The notes beneath the pieces were generated by a model, which was not told the origin of the DNA, ran no database searches, and saw only the letters and a list, made by a program, of their open reading frames with translations. A DNA stretch of 64,000 nucleotides from Macrostomum lignano (Eukaryota): positions 65,096-129,095 of the forward strand of contig NIVC01001341.1 in the NCBI GenBank assembly GCA_002269645.1, in the 5' to 3' direction. How positions within the stretch are numbered: position 1 is the first letter of the stretch; each line of letters starts with the position of its first letter. A program made the translations under genes and the position numbers. Below, one piece after another: positions 32,026 through 44,621 of this stretch.

Positions 32026-35000
32026 GTGAGGCTGAGTGCGGAGGTTTCGTGGACACCTCCGATGATAAAAAAATCCATGCGCGTGAGGCTGATCCGTACG
32101 TCACCGGCCGATTGGCGGGCCGAGAAGTCCCTTTCCTACTAGACAGCGGCAGTCGGAAAAACTTTCTTGGAGCGTCGACCTGGGCCAATGTTAGACGTCG
32201 GATGCCTCGTTGTATCATATCGCATGCTATCCCGGATTGCGTGACCATGTACGACGGTACGCAGCTACCCCTTGCGTGTAAGGTGATCATCCCGGTGGAG
32301 TTCGGTGATGTCGTCGCGGACACCGAATTCCTGGTCACGGTCACCGATTGTGAAAATTTGCTTGGTATTAATTTCATGCGTGAACACTGCCAGAACTTGG
32401 ACTTTGCTCAAGGAATGTTAAAGTTCAACAATGGCGCGTGCATTCCCGTTCGCTATTCGCGCCGTGAGCTTCAATCATGCCGGGTGTACACCTCCGAGAA
32501 GTGCACTCTGCCGCCGAGAAGTTCAGCGCTGTTGGCCGTCCAGTTGGATGTCGGCCACCCCGAGAACCGAGGATCGCCATCAATCGTCGAGCTGGTGAAG
32601 TCGAGACTGCACCCCAGCTGCAACACTCTGGAAGCAGCTCCAGCTCTGATGACGATGCCTGAAGGTCGAGGCTACATCGAGGTGTCAACACTGCTGACTG
32701 CGAGGTGTTCCTGCAGTCGGGCATCCGCGTTGGTGTTGCGACACCACTTAGAACTGCCGACCTGATGTACCTGGAAGAGACGCCGGAACCTGAAGTGCGA
32801 CATTTGCCAAGGAGCCCTGAAGAGTCCAGCACAGCTTGGCTAGAGGAAGTCGAGATCAACAGCGAGCTGTCCGAAGATCAACGACAGAGAGTGCGAGATC
32901 TACTAGTTGAGTGTCAAGCAGCCTTCTCGAAGCACCTGCTAGACGCTGGCCTGACACACCTGGTGACCCACGAGATCATCCTGAAGGATCGGACACCAGT
33001 TGCGCTACCACCGCGCAGGATCCCGCCTCATCTGAAGGACAAGCTAGACGCCCTGCTAAACGAGATGCTGGCGAAGCACATCATTCGCCCGGCTTATTCT
33101 AGCTACAACTCGCCAATGCTGATAGTGCCCAAGAAGGACGGCAACATCAGGCTGGTGCATGACTTCAGAGCTCTCAACGACAAGTGTGTGTACCACCCGT
33201 ACCCGCTGCCGCACATTCAGGAGACCTTCGCGAAGCTGCGTGGTGCCCAGTGGTACTCTAGCTTGGATCTCGCTCAAGGATTCTGGCAGATCCCGCTGCG
33301 CGACTGCGATCAGCACCTGACGGCGTTCTCTGTGATTGACCGCGGACAATTCTGTTTCAATGTTCTACCGATGGGTCTCCACGATAGTCCAGGCAGCTTT
33401 CAGCGTTGCATCAATAAGCTCCTGGACGGCCTGACGCCAAAGACTGCGCTTGGCTACATGGATGACATCGTGGTGCACTCTGTGACCTTCGAGGAGCAGC
33501 TGGACAACCTGCGGACTGTACTCCAGCGGATTATCGCAGCCAACCTCAAGGTCAAGCCGAAGAAGTGCCATTTGTTCCTCAAGGAGCTGCATTATCTAGG
33601 CCACGTCGTGACTCCCGACGGCCTGAAGACCTGTGAGGACAAGATTGCGCAGATCCGTGATTGGCCCGTGCCACAGTCCGTTACTCAACTGAGACAATTC
33701 CTAGGCCTCGCCAATTACTACCACAAGTTTGTCAACGGCTACGCTGGATTTGCTGCGCCGCTACATGCCCTGACTCGAAAGGACATCGGCAGCCTGCGGC
33801 AGCATTGGACTGATGAGCACCAGGTAGCGTTCGACACGTTGAAGAAGAAGTTGTGTTCGACTGAAGTTCTCGCTCTGCCTGAGTTTAACTCAGATCCTAA
33901 TGTGAAGTTTGTCCTAGACACGGATGCCTCAGACATTCGCATAGGCGCTTGTCTTGGACAACGGCAATCCGACGGCGTCGAGCGCCCAATTGCATTCTTT
34001 AGCCGGAAGCTTCGTGATCCTGAGAAGCGCTACACGGTCACGAAGAAAGAGCTGCTTGCAATCGTGGACGCGATGCGACATTTCCGTCATTATTTAATCG
34101 GCAAGAAGTTTGAAGTTCGTTCTGACCATCGGGCCTTGCTGTGGCTGCTGAACCAGACGCAGGTCACAGGCATCTTGGGCCGTTGGATTGAGCGATTAAG
34201 CGAGTTCCGCTTCCAGCTTCACCATCGCAAAGGCAAGGACCACGCCAACGCTGACGCCCTGTCAAGACGCCCGGAGACACCACCGGTTGACTTCGAACAT
34301 GGCCGACTGCTGGAGCACCCCGGTTCTGCAGCCCGACCCGGTGATGACACCAGCCTGGAGCCGGAATTGGACACCACACGTGAGGCCACTGCGAGAGCAG
34401 CCCGCACGAAGAAGGTCCACACTCGCAACAAGGAGGCCGAAACTGCCCTGGCCGAAGACCTGGAGGCCACTGCGCCAGCAGTCCTTCAGCACGACGACCA
34501 TCGCTGCAGTCAACGCCTGGAGACCGGTTTGGACACCAACCCGGAGGCCACTGACACCTCAGCCCTCCGCAGCGACGCCCACGCCGACTGCCGTTACTTG
34601 GAGATTCGCCCGGACAAACCCTCGGAGGCCACTGCTGACGTAGACCTCCTTGATGATGTCCAAGACTGCGGGTCTCGGAATCTGGAGACGCCCATGGACC
34701 ACGACTCAGAGGCCACTGAACAAGCAGCCCTTCTGATGACAGCCCACAACGCGAATCCAGACCAGCAATGTAAGTTCAACTCCCCGGAGTTTTGCGCTGA
34801 GAGTTCTCGCCGTGTTGACAGAGGCCATACTCTCGCGACGGCTGCAAGGTCAACGCTCTGTCCCCCGAGCCGACAGACAGCTGCTCATCGCCTGTGCGGA
34901 AAGTCGAGTCCCCCTTTGCGACACCGCCCAGTGCTGGAGAAGACTCACCCAATGACGACGATGATCGAGCCGACGGCTACGGCTGCCTGCGACGAGGCGT

Positions 35001-36893
35001 GCTTCACGTGTTGCGTCTCGCCCTACAGCCAAGAGTCGCCTGGGCTGTGCAGTGGAGGCAAGTGCACTGCTCCAGCTGCGGAAATTCCTGTCAAGAGAGC
35101 GACGATGAGAACTTCGAAACGAGATCAGCGATCGTACGCCGACGTTGTGAGACAAAGTCCCTCGGAGCGACCTAATCCTGACGCCGACAAGACGGAGTCG
35201 CGTGATCAACTGCGAGCCACAGAAGCGGAGACTGAGGAAATCCGGAACCCTCAGCCATGCCGCGCCGTGCTCACTGATTTTCTGAGGATGCCGATGACGC
35301 GGCAACAGTTTGTCGACGCGCAGCGCGCCGACCGAGCAATCAGCTACGTGCTCAACTTGGTCGAGAACAAAGCCCTGAAGCCTGAGTTCGACGCCCGGTT
35401 GCGACTGACGAAGGAGCAGCGGAATCTGCTCGGATATTATGATAATCTGCGAGAGGACAACGGCCTGCTGATGATCGATCTGACTGATGGCCAGCAGCCC
35501 CGAAGGTTGTCCTGCCCGAAGCTCTAGATGCCCAGGTGCTCCAGGAGCTCCACAGTTCGCCACTGTGTGGACACCTCGGCCAGACGAAGACGTTGAAGCG
35601 GCTACGTGAACGATTCTGGAGGCCCGGATTAGCCCGTGTCACCGAGAACTTTATCAGTAAGTGCCGCGCCTGTCTTGAAAGTAAATCCCGAAGACGAGAC
35701 CGAGTACCTGTACAGAGCTTCCCTGTGTGCGAAGTTCTGGGAAGAGTACACTGCGACGTAGTAGGCCCAATTGCCCAGAAGAGCAAGAGCGGGAACCGCT
35801 ACATCTTGACGCTATGCGACGCGACGTCGAAGTACCCGTTCGCCTATCCGATGAGGAACCAGAAAGCCAAGACGGTCATCAAGATCTGCAGGAGCGCTTG
35901 ATCCCTGACTTTGGTGTACCATGCTGGATACACACTGATCAAGGAACCAATTTCACTGGCTCAGCTTTCAAGAAGTTCTGCGACCTGTTTGGCATCCGGC
36001 ATACGACGACAACACCGTACAACCCAGCTTCTAATGGGCAAGTCGAGAACCTCAACAAGCAGCTGAAGAGTGTCCTCACCTGCCTCCTCGAGCGCAACCA
36101 TAACGACTGGGACACCTTCCTCCCAGCCTGCTTGATGGCGCTCCGCTCTAGTGTACACCCGGTGACAGGTTTCACGCCTCACTACCTGGTGTTTGGTCGA
36201 GACTTTCGACTACCAATCGACAACGCGATCAAGAAGCTGCCGGAGTATGCCAATCTGCCTGACTATGTCAAGGACTTCCAGCGCCGTTTGGACGAAGCGA
36301 CTGAGCTAGCCAAAGAACGCCTGCATCTGCATCAGCAACTGCGCGACGAGCACTATTCGAACCTGCCCGCTGCCAAGAAGCTCCAACCTGGTGACCTGGT
36401 TTTCCTCAACAACCCGGTGCTCGAACCGGATGAAGCGGCGAAGTTCCATCGACCTCGCAAAGCGCTGTACGAGGTAGTCGAACCCAAGGGCGAGGTCGTC
36501 TACAAGATTCGCCGTAGAGTGCCAAACCCGCGGGCCAGGCGCGACGAGCTAGTAGTCCATCGCCGGAATCTGCTACTCGTCCCTGATGCCGACTACCAGC
36601 TGACTTCGGATCCAGAAGTCGACCAGGCCAAGAAGCGCTGCAGGTTGACTGATGCCCCGGACGGTGCAGGACCCGCGACTCTGACACCGATTCCGGAGGA
36701 CGATCCGGACGAGGACGATGATGATGATGACGCATGGCCGGCCTTCCGGTGGCGCTTCCGGCCGTTGGCGATCCCGGATGTGCAGCCAGGAGGTGGACCG
36801 GTCACGACACCAGCGAACCAGCGCAGAAATGCACAAGCGTCCGCTCCACGTGAGCTCAAGCTCCTCGTCCGATGCGGAGCAAGGGCGGCCTAG
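31878..36893 (+). CDS. pol: Pol (protease, RT, RNase H, integrase), -1 frame relative to gag; three 1-nt deletions at about 32684, 35509 and 35886
   Basis: LLDSGS protease; LDLAQGFWQI and YMDDI RT; DTDAS/KELLAIV/SDHRAL RNase H; HSSPLCGH..CRAC, DVVGP, TDQGTNF, GQVENLN integrase. Confidence 0.95.
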
Positions 36894-37935
36894 CCGTAGC
36901 CGGCGCCGACCTGGTACCCCGGTCTCGCCAGAGACCATGGGGATCCCGCGGCGCCCGCTGGAGACAATTAACCGGAGACTCAGGGCTGAAGGCAACGGCT
37001 CGGCGAGGCCGACGCGCCAGGTTGATCGGCGCCCTCACCGTCGCACGCCGTCTCCCGAGCCCCAGAGGCGGAATGGGAGGCCACTCCGAACATCGGCACC
37101 CAGGCGAAGCCCTTCGCCCGTTCTGGAGAGCCATGCAGCTCAACACCCCGCTCGGGGTCAACGACACTCGCCCGAAGTCATCGACCTCACGCGCGACTCG
37201 CCATCGCCAGACGCGACTGCGCGGACACTCATGGTCGACCGGATCGCGGCCGCTTTGGCTTACGTGCAGCTGGAACAGCAGGTGATGCGGGGCTTGGCGG
37301 ACATCCGCCTCCAAGTCCGCAATTCCCTTCCAGACATCGACGGGGCTCGGCCGGCGGCCCGTGAGCGAGTCGGGTCGGAGCACCACGGCAGGCCCGGCGG
37401 AACAGATGAACGCGGAGGGGATCTCGACGACGCCAGGCATCCCGACGCGGCCCCGTCTCCGATGTCTTGGACCGATGACACTCAGGGAGCGGCCGCATGC
37501 TCCTCAGCTGTTTGGACCGACCTGGCCGCGTCGCTGCGCCGCACCCTGCCCAGGGCCCCGCCACCATCGCCCGAACGTCCGGCGGAAACGCTCGATACCG
37601 GCACTCAAACGGAGTCGCCAATACCGGAATACCGAGCTACCGTCATCGCTGCCGGCGCCAACCTGATAAGCGCTGTACTCGTCAGAGCGGCTCGGCAAGG
37701 CGGAGAAATCGTTGACCTCGGTGGCCCGATCTGGGCGGAGCTCCGTCAAACCACGGCCGAGGAGAGGAGCCGGTTATTCGCGGAGGCGGTCGGCCTGGCC
37801 GGCCCCGACCTGGAGCGGCCGAACCGGCCGTACGCTCTCCACCTGGCGGCCGTCCGCGTTGCCCGATTCATGGGCGGCGGGGAAGAAGACCTGCCGATGC
37901 TCTTGATGACTCCGCGTCTGTGCTATTTTGACTGA
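36829..37935 (+). CDS. Unknown retrotransposon ORF3 (about 368 aa) or frameshifted Pol C-terminal extension
   Basis: Long open frame between integrase and PPT; Arg/Pro/Ser-rich N-half, helical-looking C-half, no signal peptide or TM segment. Confidence 0.6.
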   Translation: MHKRPLHVSSSSSSDAEQGRPSRSRRRPGTPVSPETMGIPRRPLETINRRLRAEGNGSARPTRQVDRRPHRRTPSPEPQRRNGRPLRTSAPRRSPSPVLESHAAQHPARGQRHSPEVIDLTRDSPSPDATARTLMVDRIAAALAYVQLEQQVMRGLADIRLQVRNSLPDIDGARPAARERVGSEHHGRPGGTDERGGDLDDARHPDAAPSPMSWTDDTQGAAACSSAVWTDLAASLRRTLPRAPPPSPERPAETLDTGTQTESPIPEYRATVIAAGANLISAVLVRAARQGGEIVDLGGPIWAELRQTTAEERSRLFAEAVGLAGPDLERPNRPYALHLAAVRVARFMGGGEEDLPMLLMTPRLCYFD

Positions 37936-38328
37936 TTGGCGGCCGTACGCTGATGTACGCCCTGTTGACAATGAAGTTGCCCCGTTTGCCGCGCTAGTTA
38001 AGCGCCCTTATGCAGGAATTTTAAGCCGGTTGGCTTGTGTATTCAGGTATCGCCCGCGCAATATTTAGGCGCCATTTCTAGGGTGGGCCGGCGCCCCCAC
38101 ACCAAATTCGAGCACTAATTTTGCGGGCTGGAGCACGAGGAATAGTTAGGCGCAGGCTATTAGCGGGTTGGCGCCCCGCGGTATCAGGCCACTATCTTTA
38201 CGACCTGGCCAGTCGCGCAATTTCACGAGCGCATTTGAAATTTTGTGTGTTTTCTTTTGTCAGTAAATTCACGTTTACTTTGTTTTAAATAAAGCGCGCG
38301 CCGCTTCACTCCGCCTCTTTATTTGAAC

Positions 38329-38336
38329 GGGGAGAG
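38329..38336 (+). promoter_or_regulatory. Polypurine tract
   Basis: GGGGAGAG immediately before the 3' LTR. Confidence 0.85.
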
Positions 38337-39468
38337 TGTAGTGAGTCGCTAGTTTAGTTAGGCGCCGCACTAGTCAGCTGTTGCCCTCGCCTTCTCCCCA
38401 GGTTTCTGTCTGCCGCTGGGCAGTTGCCTGTCCCTCCCGCCTGTCCCTGGCCTGTCCTCTGCCCGTTTGTCTGTCTGTCTGTTTGTCCTCGTTTGCCCCT
38501 TTTGTCTCGCTTTCCCTTTTTGCAGTGCCCAGACAGCTTGGTCTGGCCTGCCTCTGTTTCGTTCTCTGTCAGGCATCTCCAAATTTGGAGTGCCTTCCTG
38601 TTTTCCGGTCCCACGGTCACGAGTGCCTTCACTTGTGGGCCTTTTCCCCTTGTCATGTGAGTCAGTCACATGACAAGGCCCTCTTCCTTCTTTAGTCCAA
38701 AGTGCAATGATTTCATCATTGTACGCTGGGCTCGTGTTTATGGGGAGATCACGTGCGCCCGGACCCCCCCCTTGCCTCCTCTGAGGCAGGGCCCGCTTGT
38801 TTGTTGCTAAAAATAGCAACAGAGTCACTTATGACTCTCAGCGGGGGCCTTTCGTGCTATGGTGCAATCGATCCTCCCTATAAATGCAGCCCCTCTCCTG
38901 GCTTGGCTCAGACAAGCCTTTCTTTCCTTCCGTTAACCGGCCCTTCCGTTTCAGCCTCTCGTTTCTGCGTTTTCAGCGTTCCTACCGTTCCTCGCGTTCC
39001 TAGCTTTCCAAGCTTTCCTAGCGTTCCTTCCGTTTCGTTTCTAGCGAACTCTAAGTTGTGTGCCAAGTTGACGCTTAAGTTGAACTCCAAGACTCCCGAC
39101 TTTGCGCGTGACTGCCTCTGGCTCTGATTGTTCCTGCTATCAATTAGCAGGCCAGCTCGGATCGCCCGAAGCTAGCACTTTCGCTCTCACCCCGCACCAG
39201 CCCGGCAGGGACTGCTGACGGTGGGCACCTCTGCGCGAGAACTGCTAAATCTGCGCGAAGTGCGAGTCTCTTTCTCTCGTCTTAGTTATTTGCTTCTACG
39301 AGCTCAGCACCTCACCGAAGGCTGCGACTCTGCGAAGCTGGTGGCAGCACTACCAACGCTACTAGATCAACCCGGAGACTTCCCAGAGGAGCTCAAGCAA
39401 CTGTACTTCACCGGGGCAGCGTTCCTATTGAAGGCCTCTAGACAACCACAGGCAAGACCTGTACTTCA
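38337..39468 (+). repeat. 3' LTR
   Basis: Copy of 29591-30723 with one extra C (about 38770) and a 2-nt deletion near the end; followed by the CATT TSD. Confidence 0.97.
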
Positions 39469-40312
39469 CATTTAAATTCCACATGGCCACGTGGAACCCA
39501 CGTGGAATCCATGAATCATTTTTCACTGGGTTATCCCTTCTTATACATGTAAGACGTTTGTAACAGTGACTTTTTCTTGAAATTAAATGGTCATGCACAT
39601 TGCACTTGGAAATAAAACTTTTTATACATGTACTTCTGAAGTACACGTTTACATTTAGATCGCGCCCGTACTTATGTAATAAAAAAATGGTACGCAGTCA
39701 TCTAACTCTTGCATTTTTGCCAGATCATTGGCTGCAAGTATTCAGAATTTCAGAATTCATTTTCAGTCCAAAATGACTAAAAATGTCTATCTCTATATTG
39801 TATTCTTCATCGAAAGTACATGTAGGCCCACAAAAATATCGAGTTAATACCATTGCAATCGACTCCAATGCAGCACAAGTCGTCCTTGCACTCAGATCAA
39901 TATTTGAACTGCATGTATGCATACACAATCTCGGTGAGCAAAATTCAAATTGCATTTAGTTGTAAAGCAGCAAAATTCTATATCAGTAATAGATAATTTC
40001 ATCCAAAGGAAAAATATTTTGTGACTGTAAATTACGGCTTTTGTTTTTAAAAATACGGCTCGTATTAACAAATTTTGTTTTAAACTCTACAGGATCCGCG
40101 TACCTCGCTTTTTGACTGTTTTTTTATAATTACTCAACAATATACAGACTAAAAAAATTGACCACTATTTGCATTTTAAATTTTTCTAAAGGCGTCTCCG
40201 GTGAGATTTAACATGAGTACATGACGTCTTCTTCCTCCCGGCCGAAGTTTTCAAGGTGCAATACTTTATTACCACGCTAACAGATTAACAGAAATTATTT
40301 ATTTTTATTATC

Positions 40313-43300
40313 ATGTCTTCATACCCTGCTTTTCTATCACCGCCTCGTCTATGTCACCTAAAAAAGTGGACAACATTCGCCGGTTATGGATTCAACCTGC
40401 ACGCTGAAAAAGGCAAAGCTGGCCAGTATATTGGGAAAGTTGATCCAGACTCTCCTGCTGAACATGGCGGTCTGAAAACAAAGGACTATCTGGTTGAAGT
40501 AAACAGTGTCAACGTTGGTAAGTACTAAAATTGGTCTAAATCATTAGAAAAATTATTTAGCAAATTTACTTGACTTATTTTTTTTCAAATGGGTATTACT
40601 ATTAGTAATTAGTTGGATCATTTTCATATTTGTAAAGGCAATTGTTAGTGATATTTGTGGTAAATAGCTAGTTTTATTACTATGTACTGCAAATAGTTGA
40701 AGGAGTAAACTAAATTATTTCAAAGGGCTTTGCTTGGCTTGTTTCCTTTTTATTAAAACATAATTTAAATATTATTTACTTTTATGAGTTGCTTTGCATA
40801 AACTACTTTAAAATGCATCTAGCTGTGTAGATGTTTTTTTAACTAAATTATTTTCTAAATAAGAACTATAATTATATTTTACTTAACTTAAAATTACTAT
40901 GCGTTTCTGAATGCTATTAAGAGTTTTGTTATATTTTATATTGTATTTAAAGTGCTAAAATTTTAATTGTGAAAAATATATAACACTTTACAGATATTTA
41001 TAAATTATAAAATACTACAATAAAAACTGTTTTTCTACAGTTCCATCAAGAACTCATCACATGCATTCTAATTTCAGAGGATCTCTCCCACCAAAAGGTA
41101 GTGGAAATAGTCAAGGAAATGCCCAACTCAGTCACAATGCTAGTTGTGGACTATGAAGCCTACAAGCACTGCAGGGAGAATGGCGTCTCCATCAATTCTA
41201 GCATGCCTGAAGTAGTTTCTTTCACTACGCCAGACAGTCAGCCATCTGCCACTGCTGCTGGCGTTGACGAGAAACAAGAGAAACCAATTGAATCAGTGGT
41301 AAGAAGTTTTGTTATAATGTAATGCTCAAATTTTATTGTTTATAAACCATACATAAATGTGATTGGTGTATTCGTTACATAGCTTCAAATGTTAGACACA
41401 ATCCTTATATAATATGACATGTTAGAAATCATTTAGCTACATATCGATATTTCATGGAAAGTATTAATTTGATAAGATAAGATTGCGGCCAAGCTATCAG
41501 CAGGCACAAACAAAAGCCCCCAACAATACACACACTAAGCCTACAATGATACGGAAGGACCTGACCACCGAAAGCCCCGTTGAGCCATCGACTGAATTTA
41601 CTGATCGTGCTCAAGAAGATGAAGATGAGAATGTTATGCCAGTAGATCAGGAAGTCATCGCCAACCCGCTAGCTGTAGAGGTAATTCGCAACTGACGGTA
41701 AAATCAATATTTATTTGTTTCATTTATCCGCTTTTACAACCTGCCAATAGCTAATCCGATAATCCAGCACGCTCTTTGTGCTTTAACGCAACTAATCTTT
41801 GAAGCTTTTCTCTTATTCTGGTCAGAAAATCCATAATCTTGAATAGGGGTGCATTTTTTCAGAGCAGGTCGATGAGCCGCCTGTTTGACTTCGGAAGCAC
41901 GCTCTTTGCGTCTTTGTGCTGGGCTGCTGGCTGAGCTCAAAATTTAATTTTATGCGCCTGACTTTGCTGCGATCGAAGCAAAATGTTAAATGATTTTTAT
42001 TTTTAAGCTAACCAATTTCCTGTTCTATAAGTGAATGAAACTTGATCAGGCTTCTGATGGAAGATTATGGCCATAGACATATTAAAGTCCGTCTCAGTCT
42101 TCAACAAATAGCCAGAGTTCTGTCAGCTACCATAGACACTCAGCGACATATCTTTAAGTCGTAGATATAAGATCGGCACAGCATATCAAAAGATAAGCTT
42201 TGGGTCGGCCTCCTATTGAAAGCAATAACAATTTTTGCGCTAAAAATGAAACCTTTCCATCTCCACTGCGTATTTTTTTAGAACAAAACCTGTCTCCTAA
42301 AATTTTCCAAGAGGTTTCCCGTCTTGGAAAACATGCACTAATTTAGAAAATTGGTTTTTAAAAAAACCACCGATCATACGGCAAGAAAGAATAAGTTAAA
42401 ATTTCATAATGGAGAACCAATATTTGCCAATGCTAGTTTAACAAAAGATCCCTAGATCAGATATCTTTATCCCCAACAATGCTTTGCTCATTTACTTAAC
42501 TACAGTTACCTCCTTTTCCGCTGGCCGCTAAATTTAAGCACTATGGGTCGGGGCTAACACCTTCTTGTGAGCATATTCACCATGCATATGCATATACCTA
42601 AGGCAACATTGAGCAGTTTAGGGTTTCTTCCTCAGCTAAAAAACTTGCCCCCCCCCCAAAAAAAAATCGAAGTTGGATAGAATGCAAGACAGACCCGAGA
42701 CGCGACTAAGGATTACTTGTAGCTGTGTGCTCTTTTTGCCAATTCTTGACCAAACTTGATATTTGATCTGCGAAACTAAACCCGTATAGCCTTGGGCCTC
42801 TCGACTCTCTTGAGTACTTATTGAGTGCAATGGCAGTTTCATACTCAGTTGCCTAAGCTGCCGAGTTTTCCTACGGGTATATAATATTGGAAAAGTAAAA
42901 ACGCCTACAATGATCTAACTATTGAAGCTAAAATGCTTTTTGGCGTCTCTTCAAGGGCCTTCAATGCTCAGGAGAATGACTCATCTGTCTGATTCCCGAT
43001 GCATGAGTTGCAGCACAAAATATTATTTAGCGTGCTTTAATTGAAGGGGCTGCAACCCTCAGGGGCGCCAATATTTGCTGGACGCCCCCTGTCTTTTGGT
43101 TGGCGCCCCTGTCTCTTGGTGGGCGCCCCTGTCTCTTGGTGGGCGCCCCTGTCTCTTGGTGGGTGCCTCTGTCTCTTGGTGGGCGCCCCTGTCTCTTGGT
43201 GGGTGCCTCTGTCTCTTGGTGGGCGCCCCTGTCTCTTGGTGGGCGCCCCTGTCTCTTGGTGGGCGCCCCTGTCTCCTGGTGCTCATCCATAACATTATAC

Positions 43301-44567
43301 TCAAGTTCTATCTAACAGGTTTTGTGTTATTATAACAGCAGCGCTTAGCAACAAAATTGCCAATTTAAAGCAACTAAATTAGCCTACAGCCTGCGCTTTT
43401 TATCGCAATCATGACAGGCTTGTTAATCAAACAGTCAAATCTACATTGGCCTATTTGTGCAGGTAGCATAAATTAGTTTATAAAATCCAATTTAGCAATA
43501 TATACGTACATGTGAGTGTCGAGGGCAGACTAGTTTGGCGGTTGTATTATATTGCATTCTGAACGTTTGCGCAGAACTAACTAGCATTCTACACTAGCCG
43601 TCCCTGCTCTAGTCTCAAGTCTTGCATAATTAACTAACCAACGCTCTCATTAATTATGCATCCTAAAGTTGCCGAGTTAGCTCTTGATTAGAAAAAACAC
43701 ATAGCAGAGGGAAAGAGAGAAGAGGTGAGTTAGAAATGCGAAAAAGTTTTAAGCCGCAGTAAACAAGCACAAAATGGCTAGATTTTTTTGGTTTATTTTT
43801 TTGCTTCTAACTTTTCAACCGGCTAAAATGTTAGCAAACTATTTTTTGGCGACAGTCATTTTTATTAAAAGTGCAATTTGTTATTTTTTCGAAAAGATAC
43901 CTTTATGAGTGGACACCCCAGTAAGAAGCGGACACCCCAATAATGAGTGGACACCCCAGTAAGAAGCGGACACCCTAATAATGAGTGGACACCCCAGTAA
44001 GAATCGGAAACCCCAATAATGAGTGGACACCCCAGTAATGAGTGGACACCCCAGTAAGAATCGGACACCCTAATAATGAGTGGACACCCCAGTAAGAAGT
44101 GGACACCCCAATAATGAGTGGACACCCAAATAAGAAGCGGACACCCCAATAATGAGTGGACACCCCAGTAAGAAGCGGACACCCTAATAATGAGTGGACA
44201 CCCCAGTAAGAATTGGAAACCCCAATAATAAGTGGACACCCCAGTAAGAAGCGGACACCCCAGTAAGAAGCGGACACCCTAATAATGAGTGGACACCCCA
44301 GTAAGAATTGGAAACCCCAATAATGAGTGGACACCCCAGTAAGAAGCGGACACCCCAATAATGAGTGGACACCCAAATAAAAAGCGGACACCCCAATAAT
44401 GAGTGGACACCCAAATAAGAAGTGGACACCCCAATAATGAGTGGACACCCCAGTAAGAAGTGGACACCCCAATAATGAGTGGACACCCCAGTAAGAAGCG
44501 GAAACCCCAATAATGAGTGGACACCCCAGTAAGAAGTGGTAATGAGTTGCTTCGCTCCGATCACCCC

Positions 44568-44621
<54 letters not shown>

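Larger units (their letters stand above)
29591..39468 (+). mobile_element. Full-length Ty3/Gypsy LTR retrotransposon, recent insertion
   Basis: TG...CA LTRs of 1133 and 1132 bp; only two small indels noticed between them. 4-bp TSD CATT, PBS, PPT, gag then PR-RT-RH-IN order. Confidence 0.97.
26423..39530. mobile_element. Non-autonomous DNA transposon with CCCAG termini (CMC/EnSpm-like), hosting nested elements
   Basis: Left end CCCAGTGAAAAAAATGATATGGATTCCATGTGG; right end reverse complement CCCAGTGAAAAATGATTCATGGATTCCACGTGG. TT flanks both ends (2-bp TSD). Subterminal CCATGTGG/ATGGATTCC repeats. No transposase ORF seen. Confidence 0.7.

Noticed and set aside
36829-37935. ORF3 as an envelope gene
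   Set aside because: No signal peptide, transmembrane segment or Cys-rich ectodomain.
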